NCBI GenBank assembly: GCA_028819005.1
Contig: JAPPMP010000032.1
Coordinates: 11,236 to 75,235 of the forward strand
From: Acidimicrobiaceae bacterium
GTDB lineage: Bacteria > Actinomycetota > Acidimicrobiia > Acidimicrobiales > Aldehydirespiratoraceae
DNA length: 64,000 nucleotides
Direction: 5' to 3'
In this document: piece after piece, positions 43,788 through 52,052 of the stretch
Layout: each line of letters opens with the position of its first letter
How positions within the stretch are numbered: position 1 is the stretch's first letter
Position numbers and translations under genes: made by a program
The notes under the pieces: model-generated
Told to the model about the DNA's origin: nothing
Databases searched by the model: none
The model's input: only the letters and a program-made list of their open reading frames with translations

Positions 43788-43935
43788 CCCGGTATGCGCC
43801 CGGCGCGGTTCCGGTTCCGGCCCGGTATGCGCCCGCTGCGGTTCCGGTTCCGGTTCCGGCCCGGTATGCGCCCGCTGCGGTTCCGGTTCCGGTTCCGGCC
43901 CGGTATGCGCCCGCTGCGGCTCCGGCTACGCCCGG
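43788..43935. repeat. 39-bp tandem repeat, about 3.7 copies (CCCGGTATGCGCCCGCTGCGGTTCCGGTTCCGGTTCCGG)
   Basis: Copies lie at 43788-43820 (short), 43821-43859, 43860-43898 and 43899-~43935. The array lies inside the DUF3090 / SCO1664 operon gap. Confidence 0.95.
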
Positions 43936-43964
43936 CGCAAACAGAGGGCCCGGCGTTAGCAGAG

Positions 43965-44459
43965 TCAGTTTTGGCACGGGCACCAGTCGCCGTTGCGGGT
44001 TTCAAGCGGTTGACCGCAGTACAGGCACGGCGGTCGCCCCGCCGCAACGATCGTGCGGGCGCGTCCGACGAGTCCTGCAACTTCGCCTCGCTGCAGGAAG
44101 AAACGGGCTTGGAACGGTTCTTGGTCGTCGTCATCAACGAACGATTCCGCCACGACGACGAGACGGTCGATCTCGCCGGCGTATGCGATGGCAAGACTGG
44201 CGACAGTCCACTCAGCCACGACCGGCTCCCGCAGGTCGAGGTCTTGGGGCGCGTCTGTGGTTTCGCCCGCCTTTTCAGGTAGTTCCTTCAGCACGCGGTC
44301 CAGGTATTCGGCGAGTGCCGCCACCTGCTGTTTCTCGACTTTCAGCGATACCAGCCGACCTTCGCTGCGGGCTTGGAGGAAGAACTCTCGTTGGCCTCTC
44401 GGGCCGAGCGTTCCGACGGTGAGAAAGTCGAGTTCTCGAAAGTCGAAGGAGCGGTTCAT
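43965..44459 (-). CDS. DUF3090-like protein
   Basis: Start at 'MNRSFDFRELDFLTVGTLGPRGQREFFLQA', overlapping the upstream stop (ATGA). The C-terminus has a zinc-ribbon-like 'CLYCGQPL...WCPC'. Confidence 0.75.
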   Translation of the reverse strand: MNRSFDFRELDFLTVGTLGPRGQREFFLQARSEGRLVSLKVEKQQVAALAEYLDRVLKELPEKAGETTDAPQDLDLREPVVAEWTVASLAIAYAGEIDRLVVVAESFVDDDDQEPFQARFFLQRGEVAGLVGRARTIVAAGRPPCLYCGQPLETRNGDWCPCQN

Positions 44460-45103
44460 GACAGCACCAGGGTTGTGAGGTCGTCGCCCGTCGAGTTGAC
44501 GGTCAACACGATAGGGCCTTCGGAGGTGTAGAGAATCGCAGTGATGGAGCAAGGAGACACCACGATGCGCTGGAACAGGTCGAGGTGGGTGCCGGTTGCT
44601 GCCGCGATGACTGCTTTGATGACGTCGGCGTGCGACACGGCCACGATCGTCTCATCGGGGTGGGCCGCGACGAGACCGTGGACCGCGTCCAGGGCGCGGC
44701 TCTGCATCTCGGCGAATGATTCGCCGCGGGGAAATCGGAACCCGCTCGGATAGCGCTGGACCCTCTTCCACTCTGGCAACTTGGCGAGATCGTCGAGTTT
44801 GCGTCCGGTCCATGCCCCGAAGTCGCATTCGATCAGTCCAAGGGACCGTCGCACGCGCAGTTTCAGTGCTCTGGCGATCGGTTGTGCGGTCTGTTGTGTT
44901 CGCTCCAGCGGCGAGGCGTACACCGCGCCGACAGAGTCGAGCGCGGCGATCCGTTGTGCCGCGGCTTCGGCTTGGGCTGTCCCTTCATCGGCGAGATGGA
45001 GGCCCGGCGCTCTGCCTGGCAGCGAAGCTCCCGTTGTGGGTGTCTTTCCGTGACGCACGAAAAGCACCAGAGTCGGTTTCGGGGTGTCTGATTTGGGGGC
45101 CAT
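44456..45103 (-). CDS. histidine phosphatase family protein (MSMEG_4193-type putative phosphomutase)
   Basis: 'LVLFVRHGKT' RHG motif and 'AVSHADVIK'. Confidence 0.75.
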   Translation of the reverse strand: MAPKSDTPKPTLVLFVRHGKTPTTGASLPGRAPGLHLADEGTAQAEAAAQRIAALDSVGAVYASPLERTQQTAQPIARALKLRVRRSLGLIECDFGAWTGRKLDDLAKLPEWKRVQRYPSGFRFPRGESFAEMQSRALDAVHGLVAAHPDETIVAVSHADVIKAVIAAATGTHLDLFQRIVVSPCSITAILYTSEGPIVLTVNSTGDDLTTLVLS

Positions 45104-45128
45104 GGCTGTTGCACAACGTACTCTGTGA

Positions 45129-45851
45129 GTGATGCGATCACCCGATCCGAGTTCTGGCGCCCCGGATGATCAGATTACGGGGCTTGACCAGATTGAGAGT
45201 GAGGTGGTTGAGTGCCGCCGGTGTCCTCGGCTGGTTGAGTGGCGTGAACAGGTTGGACGCATCAAGCGTGCTGCGTACCGTGATGAGCAGTATTGGGCTA
45301 GACCGGTGCCCGGTTTCGGCGACCCCGAGGCTCGTTTGCTGGTGCTCGGGCTGGCCCCCGCGGCCCATGGCGCCAATCGCACCGGACGCATGTTCACCGG
45401 TGACCGCTCCGGTGATTGGTTGTATCGGGCGTTGTGGCGCGCCGGTTACGCATCCCAGGAGTCGTCGACGAGTCGTGATGACGGCCTGACATTGTCGGGT
45501 GCTTGGGTCACAGCGCCGGTGAAGTGTGCGCCTGTGGCCAACAAACCGACGCCGGAGGAGCGTGACAATTGCGAGCCGTTCCTGACGGCTGAACTGGCCG
45601 CGCTCACCTCGGTCAAGGTCGTTGTGGTGTTGGGAGGTTTCGCGCACAATGTGATCTGTCGGCACTTCGGACTTCGACCCCGTCCCAAATTCGCGCACGG
45701 TCGGGAGATTCCTCTCGACAACGGAATGACCTTGCTTTGCAGTTTTCATGTGAGTCAGCAGAACACCTTCACTGGCCGCTTGACCGAGACCATGCTCGAC
45801 GCAGTCTTTGCTCGCGCCCGTGAGTTGGAGACAAGAGGATGCACAATCTGA
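45129..45851 (+). CDS. uracil-DNA glycosylase, family 5 (UdgB-like, Fe-S)
   Basis: 'CRRCPRLVEWRE' and 'GLAPAAHGANRTGRMFTGD' motifs. Confidence 0.8.
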   Translation: MMRSPDPSSGAPDDQITGLDQIESEVVECRRCPRLVEWREQVGRIKRAAYRDEQYWARPVPGFGDPEARLLVLGLAPAAHGANRTGRMFTGDRSGDWLYRALWRAGYASQESSTSRDDGLTLSGAWVTAPVKCAPVANKPTPEERDNCEPFLTAELAALTSVKVVVVLGGFAHNVICRHFGLRPRPKFAHGREIPLDNGMTLLCSFHVSQQNTFTGRLTETMLDAVFARARELETRGCTI

Positions 45852-45894
45852 GTATGCAACTTGCAAATTGTGCAATTGCTGATAGGTTTATATC

Positions 45895-47577
45895 ATGATT
45901 GAACGGGTGATCACCGGACAGTTGACGAAGTTGTTTCGCCAATACCCGTTTGTGACGGTGACCGGACCTCGGCAAGCGGGCAAAACGACGCTCTGCCGTT
46001 CAACATTTGGAGATGCGGCATACGCCAGCCTCGAAGCCCCTGATGAACGCGCCTTCGCAGAAAGCGACCCTCGAGGGTTTTTGCGCCATCTGGGCACTCC
46101 CGCGATCATCGACGAAATACAGCACGTGCCTGCGCTGTTGTCCTACTTGCAGGTCATTGCCGATGAGGACGGCCGCAACAGTCTCTATGTGCTGACAGGA
46201 AGCGAGAACTTGAAGCTGTCCGAGGCAGTCGGCCAGTCGCTCGCCGGACGTACTGCGCTGCTGCGTCTTCTGCCTTTCTCGCTCGACGAATCCAGACGCG
46301 CAGGCGCGAGCGAAGCATTTGCCGACATCGTTTTCAACGGCTTCTACCCGCGCATCGCGGATCAGCGACTGGAGCCTCGCCAAGCGCTCGGCGATTATTT
46401 TGAGACGTACGTCGAACGGGATGTGCGCCGCATGGGAGGGGTCAGTGATCTGTCTGTATTCAGGCGGTTCGTGGCGCTGTGCGCCGGACGGGTGGGACAG
46501 ATGTTGAACCTGACGGCGCTCAGCGGTGATGCAGGGGTGTCGCACACGACGATTCGCCAGTGGGTCACTCTGCTGGAGCGCAGCTACATTGCGTTCTTGC
46601 TGCCGCCCTTTGCAGCGAACATTCGCAAACGGCTGGTCAAGTCCCCGAAGCTCTACTTCTACGATGTGGGACTTGCCAGCTACCTGTTGGGCATCGAGGG
46701 TCCGGGTCAAGTGGCGACGCATCCATTGCGCGGTTCGCTTTTTGAGAACGTCGTCATCGCCGAGGCGGCAAAGCACTGTTACAACCGGGGCCGCGAACCC
46801 CGGCTTTCGTTCTTCCGCGACTCGCGTGGCCTCGAATGCGACCTGTTCTACGAGACTGAGCGAGGGGTCAACGGCATCGAGGCTAAATCGGGCGTGACGA
46901 TCGCATCAGACTGGGTGCGTTCGCTCGACCGAATCGCCGAACTCGTCCCGGACTTGGTTGGCAAAACGGTTGTCTATGGTGGAGCCAAGGCTGAGGCGCG
47001 AGGCGGATGCGACATAATGCCGCTCGGGCAGTTCGACGAGGCACTGGGCAACTTCGATGCGGATGTAGCGGTTCGGGTTGCCTGTGGTGGCACCCCCGTC
47101 GCCGGCGTGGACGTCCTTGCGCTGTTCCCCAACAATGTGTGGCAGCGCGCGACGAGCGACGTCGCAGGCGTCGCGCGGCTCAAGCTGTACACGACGGACC
47201 TTTCCATGACTGTCTACGCGGCCGGAGAGGGACTGAGCGCCAAGATCGTCAGCGATTGGGTTCCCGCGCGGGGTTCGCTGGAGGTGGAACTCGATGTTCT
47301 CGTCGACGGCGGCTCGGTGATCTTTGCGGACCAAACAGGTTACGTGCCCGGTATCGAGGGCCGCCTCAATCCGATTCTTGACGTTGCACAGCGAACGTAC
47401 CTGTACACCACGAATGTTGCAGTCAACGGGGGCCTGGCGCAGCCCGTCGATTTCTCGGTCGGTGAAGATGTGCTCAACCTCGTCGATGCCCACGGAAACG
47501 AGCGCGACCTTCGGGTCGTAGCCATGAGCGGCCAATCGGCCTTGCTCGAGTACGGCCTGCCCTCCAAGTTGGCCTGA
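45895..47577 (+). CDS. AAA+ ATPase with DUF4143 domain and an extra ~170-aa C-terminal extension
   Basis: Walker A 'GPRQAGKTT'. The DUF4143-type body runs to about aa 385, followed by a beta-rich tail ('VRVACGGTPVAGVDVLALF...'). An AT-rich leader precedes the gene (45852-45894). Confidence 0.8.
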   Translation: MIERVITGQLTKLFRQYPFVTVTGPRQAGKTTLCRSTFGDAAYASLEAPDERAFAESDPRGFLRHLGTPAIIDEIQHVPALLSYLQVIADEDGRNSLYVLTGSENLKLSEAVGQSLAGRTALLRLLPFSLDESRRAGASEAFADIVFNGFYPRIADQRLEPRQALGDYFETYVERDVRRMGGVSDLSVFRRFVALCAGRVGQMLNLTALSGDAGVSHTTIRQWVTLLERSYIAFLLPPFAANIRKRLVKSPKLYFYDVGLASYLLGIEGPGQVATHPLRGSLFENVVIAEAAKHCYNRGREPRLSFFRDSRGLECDLFYETERGVNGIEAKSGVTIASDWVRSLDRIAELVPDLVGKTVVYGGAKAEARGGCDIMPLGQFDEALGNFDADVAVRVACGGTPVAGVDVLALFPNNVWQRATSDVAGVARLKLYTTDLSMTVYAAGEGLSAKIVSDWVPARGSLEVELDVLVDGGSVIFADQTGYVPGIEGRLNPILDVAQRTYLYTTNVAVNGGLAQPVDFSVGEDVLNLVDAHGNERDLRVVAMSGQSALLEYGLPSKLA

Positions 47578-47638
47578 GCGCCTAATGTGCGGTTCGCGTC
47601 ACCAAAATGCGGTCAGCTACCGCTAGTCTCGCGGCGGC

Positions 47639-48001
47639 ATGACTCGTAGAAAAAATCCTCAGTCCAATCGGCGCGTGGGCATGATCGGCCTTGTCCTGAT
47701 CTGCCTGGTTGTGTTTGCTGCAGGTTGCGCTTCCAACAATGACCCGGACAATTGGGAGGAGGCGATAGCAGACGGCACGCTGGAGGAGAACTTCATGCGC
47801 TCCTGTCAAGAGGCGAACGAGGGCGGCGGCCTGACCGAATCCGAGGCCGTGTCCTACTGCGAATGCGCTTTCGACGGATTGGCGCAGCGTTACGCCGATG
47901 ATTTCGACGACTTCAAAGACGCAGAGAAACGTCTGCGCAACGACCCCCAGGACATCGACCCCGCGGTGCGCGCGCTTCTTGAGAGGTGCGTTCCGACGTA
48001 G
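47639..48001 (+). CDS. small lipoprotein
   Basis: Lipobox 'LVVFAAGC' after a basic N-terminus, with four further Cys. Confidence 0.55.
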   Translation: MTRRKNPQSNRRVGMIGLVLICLVVFAAGCASNNDPDNWEEAIADGTLEENFMRSCQEANEGGGLTESEAVSYCECAFDGLAQRYADDFDDFKDAEKRLRNDPQDIDPAVRALLERCVPT

Positions 48002-48033
48002 TGCCGCTAGTCGTGTTCGGACGAACCGACAGT

Positions 48034-48648
48034 TCAGGGGCGGGGGCCGAATTCGGGGCGTTCGGTGCGGGTGCGCTTGAGTTCCCAGAATCCGTCGATG
48101 TTCATCATCGTGACCAGGGAGTCCCACATGTCCAGGGAATCCTCAGTTGATGGGACTCGAGTGATGACGGGACCGAAGTAAGCCTGCTTTTCGCCGTGTC
48201 GGTTGTCGAAGGCGATGATCGGAGTGCCGACGTCGTCGCCGCAGAGTTCCAGCCCTGCGTCATGGCGTTGCACGATCTCGGCGTCGAAATCCTCGGAGTT
48301 GTAGGCCGCGGCGTGTGAAGCGCCGAGTCCGACGCTCTCAAGTGCTTCGGCCAGGTCGAAGCCGAATTCCTGATCGTGGTGGATCCGTCTGCCGTATTCC
48401 CAGTACAGGTCGAAGACCGCGTCCTCGCCCTCAGCGGCGCGCACTGATTCCATCACCCGCAACAGGCGGTAGGTGCGGTTGGTGGGCTCGTAGAAGGGAG
48501 AGTCTTCATCGGGCTGGTTCTTCAACAGGAGACTGATCGGTTGCCAAGTGATGTTGAGGTCGCGGGCCGGTTTCACTTCGTCGACGACCCAACGGGCCGT
48601 CACCCAGCACCACGGTCAAATTGGGTCCACCCAGAACTCGATATCCAT
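48034..48648 (-). CDS. DsbA-family oxidoreductase related to Rv2466c/mycoredoxin-2, with in-frame TGA (48616-48618) at the first Cys of the CPWC motif (selenocysteine candidate or nonsense pseudogene)
   Basis: Read from ATG 48648, the translation is MDIEFWVDPI-TGA-PWCWVTARWVVDEV..., continuing into ORF 48034..48603. The C-terminus 'DDVGTPIIAF...FGPVITRVP...FWELKRTRTERPEF' matches the Rv2466c family. A hairpin lies 14 nt after the TGA. Confidence 0.6.
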
Positions 48649-48652
48649 GCTG

Positions 48653-49825
48653 TCACCCCGCAGGTTCGGCCGAAACGGTCACCTTAGCGGCGGGTTGGGC
48701 CCAGTCGGGCCACCGGTCGCGGCTCTTGCGGGCCAGTTTGTGCATGAGCGCGATCGCCCCGGGGTCGTCGTCTCCGGGCCTGGTCTCGATCACGCCGTCG
48801 GCTGCCATTGCGCTGATGACGGCACGTCCGAGCTCGGTGCGAACGATCGTGAGGGTCCAGTCGGTGAGCTCGCCGATGCCCCCGGTTGAGATGTCGGCGT
48901 GTTCGGCGGCGAAGTCGGGGCACAGGTGGCAGCCCTCGCGGGTCCAGGCGTGGCACTCCTTGAGGTTGATCTCGTGGTAGCCGCCGTCCTTGGTCCAGAT
49001 CTGGAAGACGCCCTTGATGTTCATCTTGGAGATGTTCTCCTTGGGGAGGCCGTATTTGACCTCGAACAGTTCGTCGAAGAGGGAGTCGTCGAATGATTTG
49101 GAGCAGAGCAGGCCGATGTTGAGCTTGATCGGCTTGGAGACCTTGCCGACCTTGCGATGCCACATCACCGGCGCAACCGATGTCTGGCAGCTCATGCCCA
49201 CGAGGGCGAGGCGCTCCAAGCCCTTCTCTCTGGCTTCGTTGAAGGCCATGGTGTTGGCTGAGTAGGTGTAGCGGCTACCCGCGCCCCTCAGCACCTCGTC
49301 TCGGTTCGTGGCGACCATGGGGAACGCTTTCCAGCCGGGTTCTCCGTTGGGAAGGTTCTCCACGCCGCTGGTCAGCGCCCCGTCGATGACGTCGTTCTCG
49401 ATGCACCAGATGAGGATTGCCGAGACCAAGCCCCCGTCTTGGCCGGTGTCGTACACGAAGTCGTCTGTGGCGCGGGTGAGGAGAATGTCGGAGTAGACGC
49501 CCGACACCTCCTCGGGATCGCGTTCGCGACCGAAGAGGTGCATGTCGGCTTCCGGTTCCCACATGCGGAAGCGGGGACATGCCCGGGTGCATGAGGTGCA
49601 GCCCTTCTGCCCGTGGATGCAGTCGTCGAGCCCCAGCTCTTCTTCGAGGTGGAACGGCGTGTATGCGCCGGGCTCGTGTTCGTAGCCGATCACGTCGTGG
49701 GGGCACGAGATCACGCATCCGGCGCAGCCTGTGCAGAGTCCGCTGGTGATCACCTCGTCGAACAGCTCTTTCCACTGGTATGTCCAGCGCGGTTTCTTCG
49801 CCGGGGGTGCTTGGGCGGCGGCCAT
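48653..49825 (-). CDS. FrhB-family protein (coenzyme F420 hydrogenase/dehydrogenase beta-subunit family) with N-terminal 4Fe-4S motifs
   Basis: 'CTGCAGCVISCP' and 'CTSCTRACP' ferredoxin motifs followed by an FrhB-like body. Confidence 0.7.
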   Translation of the reverse strand: MAAAQAPPAKKPRWTYQWKELFDEVITSGLCTGCAGCVISCPHDVIGYEHEPGAYTPFHLEEELGLDDCIHGQKGCTSCTRACPRFRMWEPEADMHLFGRERDPEEVSGVYSDILLTRATDDFVYDTGQDGGLVSAILIWCIENDVIDGALTSGVENLPNGEPGWKAFPMVATNRDEVLRGAGSRYTYSANTMAFNEAREKGLERLALVGMSCQTSVAPVMWHRKVGKVSKPIKLNIGLLCSKSFDDSLFDELFEVKYGLPKENISKMNIKGVFQIWTKDGGYHEINLKECHAWTREGCHLCPDFAAEHADISTGGIGELTDWTLTIVRTELGRAVISAMAADGVIETRPGDDDPGAIALMHKLARKSRDRWPDWAQPAAKVTVSAEPAG

Positions 49826-49912
49826 TGCTTCAAGTTAGTCGCTCAGCGAGCAACGGACGAACGGAACGCGCCCCGGTTGGGGCTGAGGCGGACAGCTCAG
49901 CGGTTTCGCAAG

Positions 49913-49984
49913 CGCCCTCGGCAGGACTCGAACCTGCGCACACGGCTCCGGAGGCCGATGCTCTATCCTCTGAGCTACGAGGGC
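49913..49984 (-). tRNA. tRNA-Arg (anticodon CCG)
   Basis: The reverse complement reads GCCCTCGTAGCTCAGAGGATAGAGCATCGGCCTCCGGAGCCGTGTGCGCAGGTTCGAGTCCTGCCGAGGGCG. The acceptor, D, anticodon (loop CUCCGGA) and T arms (GGTTCGAGTCC) fold as a cloverleaf. Confidence 0.9.
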
Positions 49985-50103
49985 TCACCCTTGCGGGGTC
50001 GGCCAATGCTATCGTCCCGGCTTGCCCAAGGGTCTGTCATACCCTGCTGCAATAATCGGCTGACGCATCGCGCTACCGTGTTTGCGGCTGGCTGCGGATC
50101 GAC

Positions 50104-50141
50104 CAGCAAGGAACAACCCGGGCAGCAAGGAACAACCCGGG
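50104..50141. repeat. perfect 19-bp tandem duplication (CAGCAAGGAACAACCCGGG x2)
   Basis: Copies lie at 50104-50122 and 50123-50141, directly upstream of the GTG of the truncated desulfurase gene. Confidence 0.95.
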
Positions 50142-50148
50142 AGACCAA

Positions 50149-50460
50149 GTGACTGAGGTGTACTTCGACTACAACGCTTCTGGCCCGCTGGACCCGCGTG
50201 CGGCCGATGTCATGGTGCCTTGTTTGCGAAGCGGTGTCGGCAACGCGTCGTCATCACACCATTTCGGGCTCCGTCAAGCCGCTTTGGTGGAGAAGGCCCG
50301 CGGCCAAGTGGCGGAATTGATCGATGCGCCGGCGTCTGGGGTTGTGTTCTGCTCGGGGGCGGCTGAGGCCAACAATCTGGCCCTTTGGGGGTTGGCTATG
50401 GGGGCGCCGGCGGAACGAAATCGCCTAGTGGTTTCGGCGGTGGAGCATGCATCGGTCCTA
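50149..50460 (+). pseudogene. N-terminal fragment (~104 codons) of a class V aminotransferase / cysteine desulfurase (NifS/IscS-like)
   Basis: 'VYFDYNASGPLDPRA...GNASSSHHFG...VVFCSGAAEANNLAL...VVSAVEHASVL' is desulfurase-like. The similarity stops at about 50460, exactly where the convergent ATPase ORF ends. The rest of ORF 50149..50586 is antisense read-through. Confidence 0.65.
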
Positions 50461-51720
50461 GGGCGACAGAGTGGTGATGGGGACTACAGCCACCCCGTCC
50501 GGTCGTTCGTATCCGTAACCGGTGGCTGTGATCACCACAAGTTTTTCTGGAGCTCCGACCTTGCCGACATCAACCCGATCACGTAGGCGCAATAGTGATT
50601 GGGCCGCCTTGTCGATCGCCTCGGCGCCTCCCAGCTTGATTTCAATCGCCAACTAGGACCCGTCTGCTCGTTTCTCGACTATCGCGTCCACTTCCAAACC
50701 TCCTTTGTCTCGATAGTGATGAACTGCACAACGGTGCATAGTCGCGTATACGGACAAGTCGCGAACCACAAGGTTCTCGAACAACAAACCGAAGTAGTTG
50801 GTGTCCGACATCAGTCTTGAAGAACTCGTTTCCAGCGCGGCAGTTGCCAATGAAGGATCAACGAAGTAACGCTTGGGTGCCTGTCTCATGGGCACATGCG
50901 ACATGAGCGTCGGCTGCCACGCCGGGATGTTCTCAACGATGAACAATCGTTCAAGGGCTCGCAGGTAGGCCTTCACAGTCTCACGATTGAGTTGCGCATC
51001 CTTTGCGAGGGTGAGATGGCCGGCTTCACTTGCCACATTTCGAGCCAATGAACGCAACAGACGCGACACCCCGATCGGGTCGCGTTGGACGCTGTCAACT
51101 AGGGCCACATCAGTTCTCGCAATCTCATCAAGATAAGAAATCAGATAGTCTTGGGCGTCCTCCACTGAAGCATCGAGCAGGCTAGGCCAGCCACCAATCA
51201 CGGCAGAGTCCACGAGTTCTCTGAAATCTGTCTGTGGCTTGCCGGCTGTGACCGCCTCACCTTTGAAGAGTGCCTCCAGCGACACTTCATTTGTCGAGCG
51301 GCTCGACTCGCTGAACGTCAAGGGTTTCATCTGCACGCGGCGTACACGACCGGCGCCTGAGTGTCGTGTGATCTCATCTGGGGGCACCGCCGACCCAGTG
51401 AGTAGGAACAAGCCCTTTGTCGACTGCGAGTCGCACACGCGGCGAACCGCGTTCCATGTCCCGGGCACCATGTGCCATTCGTCAAGCAGCCGAGGTGGTT
51501 CTCCCTGCAGGATGCTCTCGGGATTGAGGGCGAAGGTCAGTTGCTGCTCATCGCTTCCATCGAGCATCACCTCGCTGGCCGCGAACTGGCGGGCTGACCA
51601 GGTTTTTCCGCAAGCTCTCGGTCCTTCCACTACTACAGCACCCATGGTTTGGAGGCCCCTGGCTATGTCAGCTTCCGCGATCCTTGGTAGATAACCCGGC
51701 GTCGGCAACACTATGCTCAT
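50458..51720 (-). pseudogene. AAA+ ATPase with DUF4143 domain, interrupted by an in-frame TAG (50653-50655)
   Basis: ORFs 50653..51720 (355 aa, Walker A 'GPRACGKTW') and 50458..50652 (64 aa, 'AIEIKLGG...') are in the same frame, separated only by TAG. Together they make about 420 aa, the usual family length. Confidence 0.75.
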
Positions 51721-51752
51721 GTTTGTTTCCCCTGGCAGAGACCTTCAATCAA

Positions 51753-51830
51753 CAGTTTGGCCCTTGTTCAATAGGCAGTTTGGCTTGATTACAGTATACA
51801 ATTTGGAGCTTCAGCAACCGACAGGTTGGC
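51753..51830. promoter_or_regulatory. four phased 9-mers CA(G/A)(T/G)TTGG(C/A) at exact 23-bp spacing (iteron/operator-like array)
   Basis: CAGTTTGGC at 51753, CAGTTTGGC at 51776, CAATTTGGA at 51799 and CAGGTTGGC at 51822. The array begins 33 nt upstream of the ATPase start (51720) in an AT-richer segment. Confidence 0.4.
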
Positions 51831-51983
51831 TCACCTACGCCCGTCCTGCTCGATCGCGCGACTTGGAGAGAAGATCCCAGGGTGAACATCCAGAACAACA
51901 AGGGAAGGGAAGGGCTAGAGAATACCAGGTACGTCAAGTGCTCAAAGCCATCGAACGGCTTGAACGCGAGCGAGGAGAACCGC

Positions 51984-52052
51984 ATGAGTGGCCGTTTCAC
52001 CTACCGATTGGCTTGGTCTGCAAGCGACGACGAGTTTCGGTTGGGGAGGTAG
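51984..52052 (+). pseudogene. 22-codon remnant resembling the N-terminus of a HicB-family antitoxin
   Basis: The fragment reads MSGRFTYRLAWSASDDEFRLGR-stop. From memory, '(R/K)FTYRVxWSxEDxEF' is the usual N-terminal start of actinobacterial HicB-like antitoxins. This was not searched against a database. Confidence 0.3.

Noticed and set aside
38465-43935. Possibility that the repeat arrays are CRISPR arrays.
   Set aside because: The units are strictly head to tail with no unique spacers. No cas genes are in the window, and the unit lengths and GC-rich composition fit minisatellites.
43794-44282. 162-aa plus-strand ORF (RPGMRPLRFRF repeats) across the 39-bp array and antisense to DUF3090.
   Set aside because: It is antisense to a well-supported gene and generated by the repeat. 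Only the minus-strand ORF with ATGA coupling was judged worth flagging.
50653-50655. In-frame TAG in the DUF4143 ATPase as a pyrrolysine codon, since an MttB-family gene is present in the window.
   Set aside because: The MttB homologue here is the non-Pyl type with no TAG. No pylTSBCD genes were seen. The ATPase sits in a clearly decaying insertion, so a nonsense mutation is the simpler explanation.
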